From assembly GCA_905480195.1 (NCBI GenBank), contig CAJQPN010000044.1, forward strand, positions 12,162-76,161: 64,000 nt of DNA, in the 5' to 3' direction. Each line of letters starts with the position of its first letter. Within the stretch, counting starts at the first letter, position 1. The notes under the pieces are model-generated. The model searched no databases, was not told the origin of the DNA, and saw only the letters and a list, made by a program, of their open reading frames with translations. Origin of the DNA: an uncultured Acidimicrobiales bacterium. GTDB lineage: Bacteria > Actinomycetota > Acidimicrobiia > Acidimicrobiales > Aldehydirespiratoraceae. The translations under genes and the position numbers were made by a program. This document shows, in pieces, positions 9,030-19,148 of the stretch.

Positions 9030-10478
9030 GTGCGACGATTGAAAGTATTTGTAGCGCTTCTGCTAGCGCTGTCAATGCTCGCAGCCGCTTGCGGCGACGA
9101 CGAGGACAGCAGCAGTGGAGGCGATGACGGCGGCTCCGACACATCCGACGACAGTGGCGACAGTGGCGACAGTGGCGACAGTGGCGACAGTGGCGACAGT
9201 GGCGACAGTGGCGGTGCGGAGATCGCGACCGACTTCGGTGTCGATGCCGAGAACAAGATTATCTACGTCGGTATTAACGGCGATCTGACCGGTCCATTCG
9301 CCTCATTGGTCGCGGAGATCGTGGCTGCGCAGGAGGTCTACTGGGAGGTCTTCAACGGCAACGGTGGCTACCAAGGCTGGACGGTCGAGCCAGTCGTGCT
9401 TGACTCCAGTTACCAGACCGACATCGGTATCCAAAACTACGAGACGCTCGCTCAAGAGAGCGAAGACGGCGTTTTGATGATCACCGAGAACACCGGTTCA
9501 CCGATCACTGCGGCGATCGCCGAGCAGGCGGCCGAGGACAACGTGCTTGTCATCCCGCTTTCGTGGGCGTCGTTGTGGCCGGACCCGGCCTTCGGTTCGG
9601 CGATTCTCGAAAAGCAGACCACCTACTGCGTCGAGGCGATGAACGGCGTCGAGTGGCTGTACGAAAAGGTCCAGTCCGAGGGGCTGGATCCGGCGCTCGC
9701 CATCATTGGCCGTCCGGGTGAGTACGGCGAGGACGGCTCCGTGGGCGCCGCTTTGGCTGCTGAGGCACTCGGCATCCCGGTTGTTTACGACGGTACCGGC
9801 GCTGTAGCCGGTGACGACCGTACGGCGATCATCTCCGAACTCGTCAGTTCGGGTGCCACGATGGTGTGGGTGACCCTCACGCCGGGTGAGCTTCTCGACA
9901 TCTTCGGTAACTCTGTGACCCAGGGCTTGCGGGCCTACTGGTCGGGTAGTTCACCGTCGTTCAACTACCTCGTCCATATGCCTTCGGACTTTGCGGCAGA
10001 GTTCAGCGAGTACTACTTCCAGTCGCAATACCAGGCGCCGTGGGCCACCCCCGGTATCCCAGGCATGGAAGACATCATCGCTGCGATGGTGGAGGCTCGT
10101 CCTGAGCTCAACATCTCTGACGTGTTCACCACCGGTTGGATCGAGGGCATCATGGCCGAGACCCTGATCAGGACTGCCATCGACCAGGGTGATCTCACCC
10201 GGGCCAACATGGTGGCGATCTCGCAGGACCCGTCCTTCAGCGTCGACTTCAAGGGCTTGTCAGCCGACCAGTCGTGGCCGCAGGACTACAACGAAGCCGT
10301 GGTCCGTTCCAGCTGGATCTATGACGTCGATGTGTCGAAGTTCAACCTGATTCCGCTCGCTGACTACACCCCAGAGAACCCTGGTTCGACCGGTCTGATC
10401 CCGATCGAGCAGGACTACATCGGTTCGGTGGCCGAGAACTTCGTGTTCGATGGTCCCTGCATCGAAACATCTGGGTGA
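9030..10478 (+). CDS. ABC substrate-binding lipoprotein (LivK-type), very acidic
   Basis: Lipobox LAAAC, (DSG)7 linker, GINGDLTGPFA motif; GGAGG RBS upstream. Confidence 0.88.
   Translation: MRRLKVFVALLLALSMLAAACGDDEDSSSGGDDGGSDTSDDSGDSGDSGDSGDSGDSGDSGGAEIATDFGVDAENKIIYVGINGDLTGPFASLVAEIVAAQEVYWEVFNGNGGYQGWTVEPVVLDSSYQTDIGIQNYETLAQESEDGVLMITENTGSPITAAIAEQAAEDNVLVIPLSWASLWPDPAFGSAILEKQTTYCVEAMNGVEWLYEKVQSEGLDPALAIIGRPGEYGEDGSVGAALAAEALGIPVVYDGTGAVAGDDRTAIISELVSSGATMVWVTLTPGELLDIFGNSVTQGLRAYWSGSSPSFNYLVHMPSDFAAEFSEYYFQSQYQAPWATPGIPGMEDIIAAMVEARPELNISDVFTTGWIEGIMAETLIRTAIDQGDLTRANMVAISQDPSFSVDFKGLSADQSWPQDYNEAVVRSSWIYDVDVSKFNLIPLADYTPENPGSTGLIPIEQDYIGSVAENFVFDGPCIETSG
9150..9212 (+). repeat. 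perfect 9-bp tandem repeat (GACAGTGGC)x7
   Basis: Read directly; encodes (DSG)7. Confidence 0.97.
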
Positions 10479-10516
10479 TCCAGAAGAGTCAGCTCTGCTG
10501 ACAGTGTGCGCCTGAA

Positions 10517-10542
10517 CGGGTCGGGGCTTCGGTCCCGGCCCG
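10517..10542 (+). terminator. intercistronic stem-loop with cUUCGg tetraloop after the binding-protein gene
   Basis: CGGGTCGGGGC-TTCG-GTCCCGGCCCG, 11-bp stem with two G.U pairs; no U-tract, so it may stabilise mRNA rather than terminate. Confidence 0.6.
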
Positions 10543-10635
10543 CCGGGTGCGCTCACCTTCCGAACCAAGGTTCGGCGGGTGGTCGGACCCGCACCGGTCT
10601 TTTCATCTCTCTCGCCAATTCGTGGAGGTCGAGCC

Positions 10636-11424
10636 TTGCTCGAAGTAGCGAACCTAGAAGTGGTCTACAACGAGGTCATTCTCGTGTTGCGCGGCCTGTC
10701 GGTCCAGGTGCCTGACGGCCAGATCGTTGCGCTCCTCGGCTCCAATGGCGCCGGCAAGACCACAACCGCCCGGGCGATCACTGGCCTCCTCGACGTTCAC
10801 GAGGGCAAGGTCACCAAGGGGTCGGTTACCTGGAACGGCGCCGAGATCGGCGAGCAGCTTCCGGCCAAGATCGTGGAGAGCGGCATCTCCCAGGTCATGG
10901 AAGGCCGGCGGATCTTTGGAGAGTTGACCGTCGACGAGAACCTCTCGTGTGGGGCGTTCACCAACCGTGCGAACATGAATGCCAACTATGAACGGGTCAT
11001 GGACCTGTTTCCGCAGCTCAAGGAGCGCAACACCCAGGTCGCTGGCTACCTGTCGGGTGGCGAGCAGCAGATGCTGGCAATCGGTCGAGCGCTGATGGCC
11101 GAGCCGAAGTTGCTCATCCTCGACGAACCCTCGCTCGGTCTTGCACCGATGCTGATCGAACAAATCCGTGACATCATCGTCGACATCAACAAACAGGGTG
11201 TCTCCGTGCTGCTCATTGAGCAGAACGCCATGATGGCGCTCTCGATCGCTGACTTCGGATATGTGATGGAGTCCGGCAAGGTTGTGATGGACGGCCCGGC
11301 GCAGAAGCTACTCAACGATGAGGATGTCCAGGAGTTCTATCTGGGCCTCCACGGCGATGGCGGTGAGCGAAAGTCGTTCCGCGATGTCAAGCACTACAAG
11401 CGCCGCAAGCGCTGGTTGTCCTGA
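10636..11424 (+). CDS. ABC ATP-binding protein (LivF-like)
   Basis: GSNGAGKT, LSGGEQQM, LDEPSLGLAP, IEQN; TTG start after GGAGG at 10624. Confidence 0.93.
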   Translation: MLEVANLEVVYNEVILVLRGLSVQVPDGQIVALLGSNGAGKTTTARAITGLLDVHEGKVTKGSVTWNGAEIGEQLPAKIVESGISQVMEGRRIFGELTVDENLSCGAFTNRANMNANYERVMDLFPQLKERNTQVAGYLSGGEQQMLAIGRALMAEPKLLILDEPSLGLAPMLIEQIRDIIVDINKQGVSVLLIEQNAMMALSIADFGYVMESGKVVMDGPAQKLLNDEDVQEFYLGLHGDGGERKSFRDVKHYKRRKRWLS

Positions 11425-11439
11425 GAGGGAGACGAGATC

Positions 11440-12228
11440 ATGAGCGAACCCATCCTCGAAGCCGATGGCATCACCCTTCGATTCGGTGGCGTCACCGCGA
11501 TCCGTGATGTGAGTTTCCACGTCAACGAAGGTGAGCTGTTCTCGATCATCGGTCCGAACGGCGCAGGGAAGACCTCGATCTTCAACACCATCTCGCAGGT
11601 ATATCGCCCGCAGGAGGGCGACATCCGCTGGAAGGGTGCGTCAATCATGGGGCATCGGCCCGACTTTGTCGCTGAGCTTGGCATTGCCCGCACGTTCCAA
11701 AACATCGAGCTGTTCCCCCAGATGACGGTGATCGAGAACCTGCTTCTCGGGCGCCACATCCGCATGAAGCAGAACTGGTTCCAGGGGATGCTCTGGTTCG
11801 GTGTCGCCAAGGCTGAGGAGATGGAGAACCGTCGTCAGGTTGAGGACATCATCGACTTCCTCGAAATTGAGGAGTGGCGCAACCACCCGGTCGCCTTGCT
11901 GCCGTACGGCATCCAGAAACTGGTTGAGCTTGGTCGGGCGTTGGCGATGGATCCGGAGTTGCTTCTGCTCGACGAGCCAGTTGCAGGTATGAACCTCGAA
12001 GAGACCGAGGACATGGCCCGCTTCATCCTCGACATCCGGCGCGAGCTCGGCATCTCGATGGTCATGGTCGAACACGACATGGGGCTCGTCATGGATATCG
12101 CCGACCGCATCATGGTGCTCGACTTCGGCGAGAAGATCAGCGAAGGCACACCCGAAGAGGTCCAGAAAGATCCGAACGTGATCGCGGCCTACCTCGGATC
12201 GAGTGACCTCCACGTCGCTGCCGAGTGA
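11440..12228 (+). CDS. ABC ATP-binding protein (LivG-like)
   Basis: GPNGAGKT, RTFQN, LPYG, LDEPVAG, VEHDM, AYLG. Confidence 0.93.
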   Translation: MSEPILEADGITLRFGGVTAIRDVSFHVNEGELFSIIGPNGAGKTSIFNTISQVYRPQEGDIRWKGASIMGHRPDFVAELGIARTFQNIELFPQMTVIENLLLGRHIRMKQNWFQGMLWFGVAKAEEMENRRQVEDIIDFLEIEEWRNHPVALLPYGIQKLVELGRALAMDPELLLLDEPVAGMNLEETEDMARFILDIRRELGISMVMVEHDMGLVMDIADRIMVLDFGEKISEGTPEEVQKDPNVIAAYLGSSDLHVAAE

Positions 12229-12334
12229 AGCCGAGAACTTTGGTTTGCTGGGTACAGCGCTACCCCCTCAGTCATTCGATACGTTATCGTCAAAGCCTTT
12301 ATCATTTCTTGAGGAGTAGAGGGGAGGAGTTTCC

Positions 12335-14353
12335 GTGCGCGCGGTCGAGAGTTTTGTAGCGGGCAGATGGGCCGCCGGAGCCGATGGCCGTCCGGTACAT
12401 GACGCAGTCACCGGTGCAGTCATTGCGTCGGTGTCGAGTGCCGGTATCGATCTCGGCGTGGCCCATACCCACGGGCGCGCTGTCGCCGGTCCGGCTCTGC
12501 GCGAGCTCACCTTCCACGAACGCGCCGCCATCCTGCGGGCCGTCGGCAAGATGGTGCTTGCCGACACCGACGAGCTCTACGCTCTCTCGTACTCGACGGG
12601 GGCCACTCGATCCGACTCTTCGATCGACATCGACGGTGGTGCCGGCGCTCTTCTGGCCTACTCAGGTATCGGTCGCCGCGAACTCCCCAATCAGAAGGTG
12701 TGGATCGACGGTGTCGTCCAGGGCCTCAGCCGTGATGGCTCCTTCGTGGGGCAGCACATCATCACCCCGAGGCATGGCGTCGCCCTCCAGATCAACGCCT
12801 TCAACTTTCCCATGTGGGGAATGCTCGAGAAGTTCGCTTCGGCTTTCCTGGCCGGTGTTCCGTCGATCGTCAAGCCGGCCACCCCGACCGCCTACGTCAC
12901 CGAGGCGGTTGTGCGAAAGATCATCGATAGTGATCTGCTGCCCGAAGGCGCGTTGCAATTTGTTGCGGGATCGATCGATGGCCTGATCGACGTTCTCGAC
13001 GAGCAGGACACACTCTCGTTCACCGGCTCCGCAGCGACCGCCCGCGTCTTGCGAGGCAACGCTGCGGTGCTTGATCGCGGCGTGCGCTTCAGCGCGGAGA
13101 CTGATTCACTCAATGCTGCAGTGCTCGCCCCCGCCGCCGGACCCGACACGCCCGAGTTCGGTCTCTTCCTCGATGAGGTCATCAGCGAGATGACTGTCAA
13201 GGCCGGTCAGAAGTGCACGGCCATCCGACGCGTGATCGTTCCCGCTGCGCATGCTGACGCCGTCGAGGAGGCTCTCGTCGAACGTATGCGAGACATCACC
13301 GTCGGCGATCCGTCGGCGCCTGACACAGACATGGGTGCGCTTGTGGGCATCAGCCAGCGCGAGGACGTGAGGGCCGCAGTCGGCCGAGTCGGCGGTACCA
13401 CGGTGCTCGATACCTGCCAATTCGAGGGCGTAGATCCCGAGCGCGGTGCCTTTATGGCCCCCACACTGTTGCGGGCTGACGACGCCGCCACCAGCCTTGC
13501 TCACGTCGTCGAACCCTTCGGACCGGTTGCGACCCTGATGAGCTACGCAACGCTCGATGAGGCGGTTGGGCTCGTCGCAAAGGGTCGTGGCAGCCTCGTG
13601 GCCTCGGTCTATGGCCCAGATCTTGACGAGGCCGCCGCAGTGACCCTGGGGATCGCTCCCCACCACGGGCGGGTCCACACGATCGACGCCTCGTCTGCGG
13701 CAGCCTCGACCGGCCATGGGTCGCCGTTGCCGCAGCTCGTGCATGGTGGCCCCGGTCGGGCCGGGGGCGGGGAGGAACTCGGCGGATTACGGAGCGTGCT
13801 GCACTACATGCAGCGCACCGCTGTACAGGGATCGCCGGACCTGCTCACCACCGTCACCGGCACGTGGGTCGAAGGTGCCGCCCGTCGCGAGAAGGGCCAT
13901 CCGTTCACGCTGCATTTCGACGAACTCGAGGTGGGTGACTGTCTCGACACCGAACCTCGGGTGATCACCCTCGAAGACATCGAGCACTTCGCCCACTTCA
14001 CCGGCGACCTCTTCTACGCACACATGGACGAAGAAGCGGCGAAGGCGAGTCCGATCTTCGAGGGTCGTGTCGCCCACGGATACCTGGTGTTGTCGATGGC
14101 GGCTGGCCTGTTCGTCTGGCCCGACCCTGGACCGGTGCTCGCCAACTACGGGGTCGACAACCTCCGATTCGCAACACCGACCTATCCCGGCACCGAAATT
14201 CGGGTGATCTTCACCTGCAAGGAGAAGTCGTTGCGGGCCGGGGCCGGGTACGGGGAGGTCCGCTGGGACACGAAGGTGGTCGACCAAGACGATAATCTGC
14301 TGGCGAGCTACGACGTACTGACCATGGTCGCCGAACGAGGTGACGCAACATGA
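12335..14353 (+). CDS. paaZ: bifunctional oxepin-CoA hydrolase / aldehyde dehydrogenase
   Basis: ALDH domain (INAFNFP, KAGQKCTAIRR, HGSPLPQLVHGGPGRAGGGEELGG) plus MaoC hotdog domain (GDLFYAHMD, AHGY); heads the paa operon. Confidence 0.95.
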   Translation: MRAVESFVAGRWAAGADGRPVHDAVTGAVIASVSSAGIDLGVAHTHGRAVAGPALRELTFHERAAILRAVGKMVLADTDELYALSYSTGATRSDSSIDIDGGAGALLAYSGIGRRELPNQKVWIDGVVQGLSRDGSFVGQHIITPRHGVALQINAFNFPMWGMLEKFASAFLAGVPSIVKPATPTAYVTEAVVRKIIDSDLLPEGALQFVAGSIDGLIDVLDEQDTLSFTGSAATARVLRGNAAVLDRGVRFSAETDSLNAAVLAPAAGPDTPEFGLFLDEVISEMTVKAGQKCTAIRRVIVPAAHADAVEEALVERMRDITVGDPSAPDTDMGALVGISQREDVRAAVGRVGGTTVLDTCQFEGVDPERGAFMAPTLLRADDAATSLAHVVEPFGPVATLMSYATLDEAVGLVAKGRGSLVASVYGPDLDEAAAVTLGIAPHHGRVHTIDASSAAASTGHGSPLPQLVHGGPGRAGGGEELGGLRSVLHYMQRTAVQGSPDLLTTVTGTWVEGAARREKGHPFTLHFDELEVGDCLDTEPRVITLEDIEHFAHFTGDLFYAHMDEEAAKASPIFEGRVAHGYLVLSMAAGLFVWPDPGPVLANYGVDNLRFATPTYPGTEIRVIFTCKEKSLRAGAGYGEVRWDTKVVDQDDNLLASYDVLTMVAERGDAT

Positions 14354-14372
14354 GGGTCGCCGAACGAGGTGA
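14326..14372 (+). repeat. 18-bp direct repeat GGTCGCCGAACGAGGTGA at the paaZ-paaA junction
   Basis: Copies at 14326-14343 and 14355-14372; the second supplies the paaA RBS. Confidence 0.9.
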
Positions 14373-14375
14373 GGC

Positions 14376-15302
14376 ATGAACCAGGCACACTTCGATGCGT
14401 TGATCGAGGCCGATGAGCGCATCGAGCCCGACGATTGGATGCCCGACGACTACCGCAACGCGCTGGTGCGTCAGATCGCGCAGCACGCCCACAGTGAGAT
14501 CATCGGGATGCAGCCGGAGGGCGAATGGATCACCCGGGCGCCGTCGCTGCGACGCAAGGCCATTCTCACCGCCAAGGTCCAAGACGAAGCTGGCCACGGG
14601 CTCTACCTCTATGGGGCAGCCGAGAGCCTGGGTACTCCGCGCTCCGAACTGCTCGACCGACTACACACCAAGACCCAGAAGTATTCGAGCATCTTCAACT
14701 ACCCGACACCGGAATGGGCTGATATCGGTGCGATCGGCTGGCTGGTCGATGGTGCTGCCATCATGAACCAGGTTCCGCTGTGTCGCTGCTCGTACGGCCC
14801 GTATGGCAGGGCGATGGTGCGAATCTGCAAGGAAGAGAGCTTCCATCAGCGGCAGGGCTACCAAATCATGTTGTCCCTCTCGCAGGGCACGCCGGAGCAG
14901 CAGGCCATGGCACAACGGGCGCTCGACCGGTGGTGGTGGCCCTCGATCATGATGTTCGGCCCACCCGACTCCGACTCGCCAAACACCGGCCGCAGTATGG
15001 CCTGGGGTATCAAGCGCTTCACGAACGACGAACTTCGTCAGAACTTCGTCGATGCCACGGTGCCGCAGGCGGAACTGCTCGGCCTCACCCCGCCTGACAA
15101 TGCGCTCGTGTGGAATGCCGAGCGGGGGCACTACGACTTCGGTGAGCCTGACTGGGACGAGTTCGCCCGCATGGTGCGGGGCGAGGGCGAGATCCCCGAT
15201 GTGCGGATCGGGGTCCGCCGCGCCGCGCACGACGAAGGCGACTGGGTCCGCAAGGCGGCCGCCGCCTACGCGGGCAAGCGCGATGCGCGGAGCGCAGCGT
15301 GA
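14376..15302 (+). CDS. paaA: phenylacetyl-CoA epoxidase subunit A
   Basis: [39 protein letters not shown]. Confidence 0.97.
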   Translation: MNQAHFDALIEADERIEPDDWMPDDYRNALVRQIAQHAHSEIIGMQPEGEWITRAPSLRRKAILTAKVQDEAGHGLYLYGAAESLGTPRSELLDRLHTKTQKYSSIFNYPTPEWADIGAIGWLVDGAAIMNQVPLCRCSYGPYGRAMVRICKEESFHQRQGYQIMLSLSQGTPEQQAMAQRALDRWWWPSIMMFGPPDSDSPNTGRSMAWGIKRFTNDELRQNFVDATVPQAELLGLTPPDNALVWNAERGHYDFGEPDWDEFARMVRGEGEIPDVRIGVRRAAHDEGDWVRKAAAAYAGKRDARSAA

Positions 15303-15583
15303 GCACGGTTTTCCCCCAATGGGAAGTCTTCGTGCGTGCCCGCCGGGGCCTCGATCATCAGCACGCCGGCTCGGTGCACGCACCCGACGGTGAAACTGCC
15401 CTGCGAGCCGCACGCGATCTCTTCACACGTCGCCAGGAGGGAGTGAGCCTTTGGGTCGTCCCATCGAACGAGATCGTCGCATCCGACCCGGCCGACGTCG
15501 GCGCGCTGTTTGAGCCGGCCGCCGACAAGGCCTATCGCTTCCCCACGAGCTACGAACTTCCCCCCGAAGTCGATCACATGTGA
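15299..15583 (+). CDS. paaB: phenylacetyl-CoA epoxidase subunit B
   Basis: [37 protein letters not shown]. Confidence 0.95.
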   Translation: MSTVFPQWEVFVRARRGLDHQHAGSVHAPDGETALRAARDLFTRRQEGVSLWVVPSNEIVASDPADVGALFEPAADKAYRFPTSYELPPEVDHM

Positions 15584-16326
15584 TGACTGCGGATCTCCTG
15601 ACCCATGTGCTCCGTCAGGGCGACCGTGCACTGGTGTTGTCGCATCGTCTCGCGCAATGGATCACGCACGCCCCCACCCTTGAAGAAGACGTGGCGCTGG
15701 CCAACATCAGCCTCGACCTACTGGGACAAGCCCGCCATCTCTTCACCTACGCCGGCGAAATCGAGGGGAAGGGGCACGACGAAGATCACTTCGCGTACTG
15801 GCGAGATGCGGCTGAGTTCCGCAACCCGCTGCTCGTCGAGCAGCCCAACGGAGACTTTGCCGTCACCATCGCTCGACAGGTGTTTCACGATCAGGCAGCG
15901 CTTCTGTACTGGGAGTCGATGACCGAAAGTACCGACGCCACGCTCGCGGCCCTCGCAGCCCGCGCCCGCAACGAGACCGCCTTTCACCTGCAGCACTCCG
16001 CCGGCTGGTTGATCCGACTCGGTGACGGTACCGACGAGAGCCAACGGAGGGCGCAGGCGGGTGTCGACGCCATGTGGCCGTTCACGTTGGAGCTACTCGG
16101 TGCCGACGATGAGGGAGCGTTACGAGCAGACGGCCTCATCGGGGGATCGATCGAGACCGCCTGGCGTGCGGCTGTGGCCGGCACCCTCCTCGAGGCTGGA
16201 CTCAGGACTCCGACCGAGGCCCACCAGCGCGCAGGTGGCATCCACGGAACCCACTCCGAACACCTCGAGCCGCTCCTCGAAGAGATGCAACAGCTCGCCC
16301 GCGCTCACCCCGGAGCGAGCTGGTGA
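15583..16326 (+). CDS. paaC: phenylacetyl-CoA epoxidase subunit C
   Basis: LSHRLAQW..APTLEEDVALANISLDLLGQAR, EQPNGDFA, RLGDGT, HPGASW. Confidence 0.95.
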   Translation: MTADLLTHVLRQGDRALVLSHRLAQWITHAPTLEEDVALANISLDLLGQARHLFTYAGEIEGKGHDEDHFAYWRDAAEFRNPLLVEQPNGDFAVTIARQVFHDQAALLYWESMTESTDATLAALAARARNETAFHLQHSAGWLIRLGDGTDESQRRAQAGVDAMWPFTLELLGADDEGALRADGLIGGSIETAWRAAVAGTLLEAGLRTPTEAHQRAGGIHGTHSEHLEPLLEEMQQLARAHPGASW

Positions 16327-16787
16327 CCACGTTGCTCGACATCGTGCGATCGGTCGACGATCCCGAGTTGCCGCACGTGACGATCGGCGACCTCGGCATG
16401 GTGCGCAGTGTGGCAATCGATGGTCGGATTGCTCGCATCCGGATCACGCCGACCTACACCGGTTGTCCGGCGACAGAGCAGATCCGCGCTGACGTCGAAG
16501 CAGCGGTGACAGAGGCTGGCTACGAGCCCGACGTTGCGTTCGAGATGGCTCCGCCATGGTCGACGGACGACATCAGCCCCGAAGGCCGCGCCAAGTTGCA
16601 CGCAGCTGGCATCGCGCCTGCGCTGCCGGCCGGCGACGGACCGGTGTCACTCGATCTGCCGGTGGAGTGCCCCCAGTGCGGGTCGCGTCGCACCCGGCTG
16701 ACGTCGGCCTTCGGCGCCACTGCGTGCAAGGCGCTCCACAGGTGCGATAGCTGCCGCCAGCCGTTCGAATCGTTCAAGGCGATCTGA
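16323..16787 (+). CDS. paaD: phenylacetyl-CoA epoxidase subunit D
   Basis: DPELP..DLGMVR, TPTYTGCPA, CPQCGS..FGATACKA..C..C..PFESFK. Confidence 0.95.
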   Translation: MTTLLDIVRSVDDPELPHVTIGDLGMVRSVAIDGRIARIRITPTYTGCPATEQIRADVEAAVTEAGYEPDVAFEMAPPWSTDDISPEGRAKLHAAGIAPALPAGDGPVSLDLPVECPQCGSRRTRLTSAFGATACKALHRCDSCRQPFESFKAI

Positions 16788-17860
16788 TGGCAGCACCGGG
16801 GTTCTCGGCACTGCGAGTGGTGTCGGTCGATCGCGACACCCCCGAGGCGGTGCTTCTGTCACTTGACGCAGGCAATGACCCGGCATTCAGATTCGCACAC
16901 GGCCAGTACCTGACCTTTCGTCATGAAGTCGACGGGGTTGAACTCCGGCGGAGCTACTCGATTTGTTCCACTGCACCTGGCGGTGTTCTTCGAGTTGGCG
17001 TCAAGCGGGTCGAAGGCGGTGCGTTCAGTACATGGGCTACATCGGCGGTGCACGTCGGCGATGTACTCGAGGCCATGCCGCCGATGGGCTCGTTCACCCA
17101 TGAGCTCGTGCCCGAGGCTGCGCGCTCGTATGTGCTCGTTGCCGGTGGCAGCGGGATCACCCCGATCTACTCCATCGCTGCGACGGTGCTCACCGTAGAG
17201 CCCGAGTCGCGGGTCACACTGCTGCAGGTCGACAGCACGTCATCGTCGATCATGCTGCTCGATGACGTGGAGGCCCTCCGCAACCAGCATCTCGACCGGT
17301 TCCGGATCTGGCGCCAACTGACGCGAGAGCCAGCCGGCCTTCCGGTCCTGGGTGGTCGACCCGACGAAGACAGCGTCACCGAGTGTCTCCGGCGAGGAAT
17401 GCTCGACACCGAGCCCGACCACGTGTTCCTGTGCGGCCCCGAACCGCTGGTCGAACTCGTCAGGAAGGTGTACGCGATGCACGGCTTGGAGGACGAACGG
17501 ATCCACACCGAACTCTTCACCGCTGCACAGTCCGGCCGTGCGCGCACCCGAGCGCAAGGCCCGGTCGACGAGTCGGTCACGCCGATCGGCTCCGGCACGG
17601 CGAAGCTGGCTGGGCGGAGCACCGAGTTCTGGCTGTACGACGGTGACACGATTCTCGGCGCCGTGCAGCGGGTGCGGCCCGACGTGCCGTACGCGTGCGA
17701 GGCCGGTGTGTGCAGCACGTGCCGGGCGCACCTCGGTAAGGGCACCGTCGAGATGGGCACCACCTACGGCCTCGTACCCGGTGAGGAGGATGCCGGCTAC
17801 GTCCTCACCTGCCAGGCCGTGCCGACGACGAGTACCGTCAACGTCGACTTCGACGGCTAG
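16787..17860 (+). CDS. paaE: phenylacetyl-CoA epoxidase reductase (FAD/NAD/2Fe-2S)
   Basis: RSYSIC, AGGSGITP, LCGP, C-terminal CEAGVCSTC..LTCQ. Confidence 0.93.
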   Translation: MAAPGFSALRVVSVDRDTPEAVLLSLDAGNDPAFRFAHGQYLTFRHEVDGVELRRSYSICSTAPGGVLRVGVKRVEGGAFSTWATSAVHVGDVLEAMPPMGSFTHELVPEAARSYVLVAGGSGITPIYSIAATVLTVEPESRVTLLQVDSTSSSIMLLDDVEALRNQHLDRFRIWRQLTREPAGLPVLGGRPDEDSVTECLRRGMLDTEPDHVFLCGPEPLVELVRKVYAMHGLEDERIHTELFTAAQSGRARTRAQGPVDESVTPIGSGTAKLAGRSTEFWLYDGDTILGAVQRVRPDVPYACEAGVCSTCRAHLGKGTVEMGTTYGLVPGEEDAGYVLTCQAVPTTSTVNVDFDG

Positions 17861-17879
17861 AACCACCAGGGAGCGAAGC

Positions 17880-19148
17880 ATGGGCTGGGAACCGATCGAG
17901 ACGGCGTCGATCGACGAATTGCGGTCGTTGCAGACGGAGCGGCTCCGGGCAACGCTTGCAAATGCGTACGACAATATCGGTCATTACCAAACGGCCTTCG
18001 ACGCCATAGGCGTGACCCCTGGCGACGTCGAGGGTCTCGACGATCTGTCGAAGCTGCCCTTTCTCGTGAAGGACGACCTTCGCAAGGCCTACCCCTTCGG
18101 CATGTTCGCCGTGCCCCGCGAGCAGCTCGTGCGCGTGCACGCCTCGTCGGGAACGACGGGAAAACCGACGGTTGTGGGCTACACCGCCGACGACATCGTC
18201 ACCTGGTCGACTGTCGTCGCCCGCTCGATCTATGCCGCCGGTGGTCGACCTGGTGATCTGCTCCACAACGCCTACGGGTACGGCCTGTTCACCGGCGGCC
18301 TCGGCGCGCACTACGGCGCTGAGATGCTCGGATGCACCGTCGTCCCGTTCGGTGGTGGCCAGACCGAGCGACAGGTCCAACTCATCAGTGACTTCCGCCC
18401 TCGGATCATCACGGTCACGCCGTCGTACTGCTTCAACCTGATCGACGAAATGGAGCGGCTCGGTCTGGACCCGAGAGCGTCGTCGCTTGACGTAGGCATC
18501 TTTGGAGCTGAGCCGTGGTCGGAGGGAATGCGAGAGGAGATCGAGGCCAGACTGGGAATCGACGCAGTCGATATTTACGGGCTATCGGAGGTCATCGGCC
18601 CGGGCGTGGCGCAAGAATGTGTCGAGACCAAGGACGGCCTGACGATCTGGGAAGATCACTTCTATCCCGAGATCATCAACCCCGACACCGGAGAAGTGCT
18701 CGCTGACGGCGAAGAGGGTGAGCTCGTCATCACCTCGCTCACCAAGCAGGCACTACCGGTCATCCGGTACCGCACACGCGATATCACCCGGATCCTCCCC
18801 GGGACTGCCCGCACCATGCGCCGTCTCGAACGCATCACCGGCCGTAGCGACGACATGCTGATCATTCGTGGCGTCAACGTCTACCCGTCGCAGATCGAAG
18901 CCGAACTGCTCCAGATCGATGGGCTGTCGCCGCACTATCAGCTGCACAAAGGCTCTGATGGCAACATGGCGACCCTCACAGTCAAGGTCGAGCGGGCCGA
19001 GAACTCTGCCACCGAGCACGCGGCCGGGCTGGCCGCCCGAGCCGAGCAGCGGATCAAGACCATGGTCGGGGTGTCGACTGCGGTCGAGGTCGTCGAGCCG
19101 GGTGAGGTGCCACGTAGCCAGGGCAAAGCGCAGCGGGTCGTCAGTTGA
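17880..19148 (+). CDS. paaK: phenylacetate--CoA ligase
   Basis: HASSGTTGKPTVVGYT, YGYGLFTGGLG, GAEPW, DIYGLSE, GRSDDMLIIRGVNVYPSQIE; start at ATG 17880 after AGGGAG. Confidence 0.95.
   Translation: MGWEPIETASIDELRSLQTERLRATLANAYDNIGHYQTAFDAIGVTPGDVEGLDDLSKLPFLVKDDLRKAYPFGMFAVPREQLVRVHASSGTTGKPTVVGYTADDIVTWSTVVARSIYAAGGRPGDLLHNAYGYGLFTGGLGAHYGAEMLGCTVVPFGGGQTERQVQLISDFRPRIITVTPSYCFNLIDEMERLGLDPRASSLDVGIFGAEPWSEGMREEIEARLGIDAVDIYGLSEVIGPGVAQECVETKDGLTIWEDHFYPEIINPDTGEVLADGEEGELVITSLTKQALPVIRYRTRDITRILPGTARTMRRLERITGRSDDMLIIRGVNVYPSQIEAELLQIDGLSPHYQLHKGSDGNMATLTVKVERAENSATEHAAGLAARAEQRIKTMVGVSTAVEVVEPGEVPRSQGKAQRVVS

Noticed and set aside
17352-17879. Apparent N-terminal extensions or fusions in the ORF track (paaK from 17352, modC from 36198, SDR from 48598, amidohydrolase from 51292, MFS from 56822)
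   Set aside because: The extensions are low-complexity R/P/S-rich alternate frames over real upstream genes; better-supported starts lie downstream.
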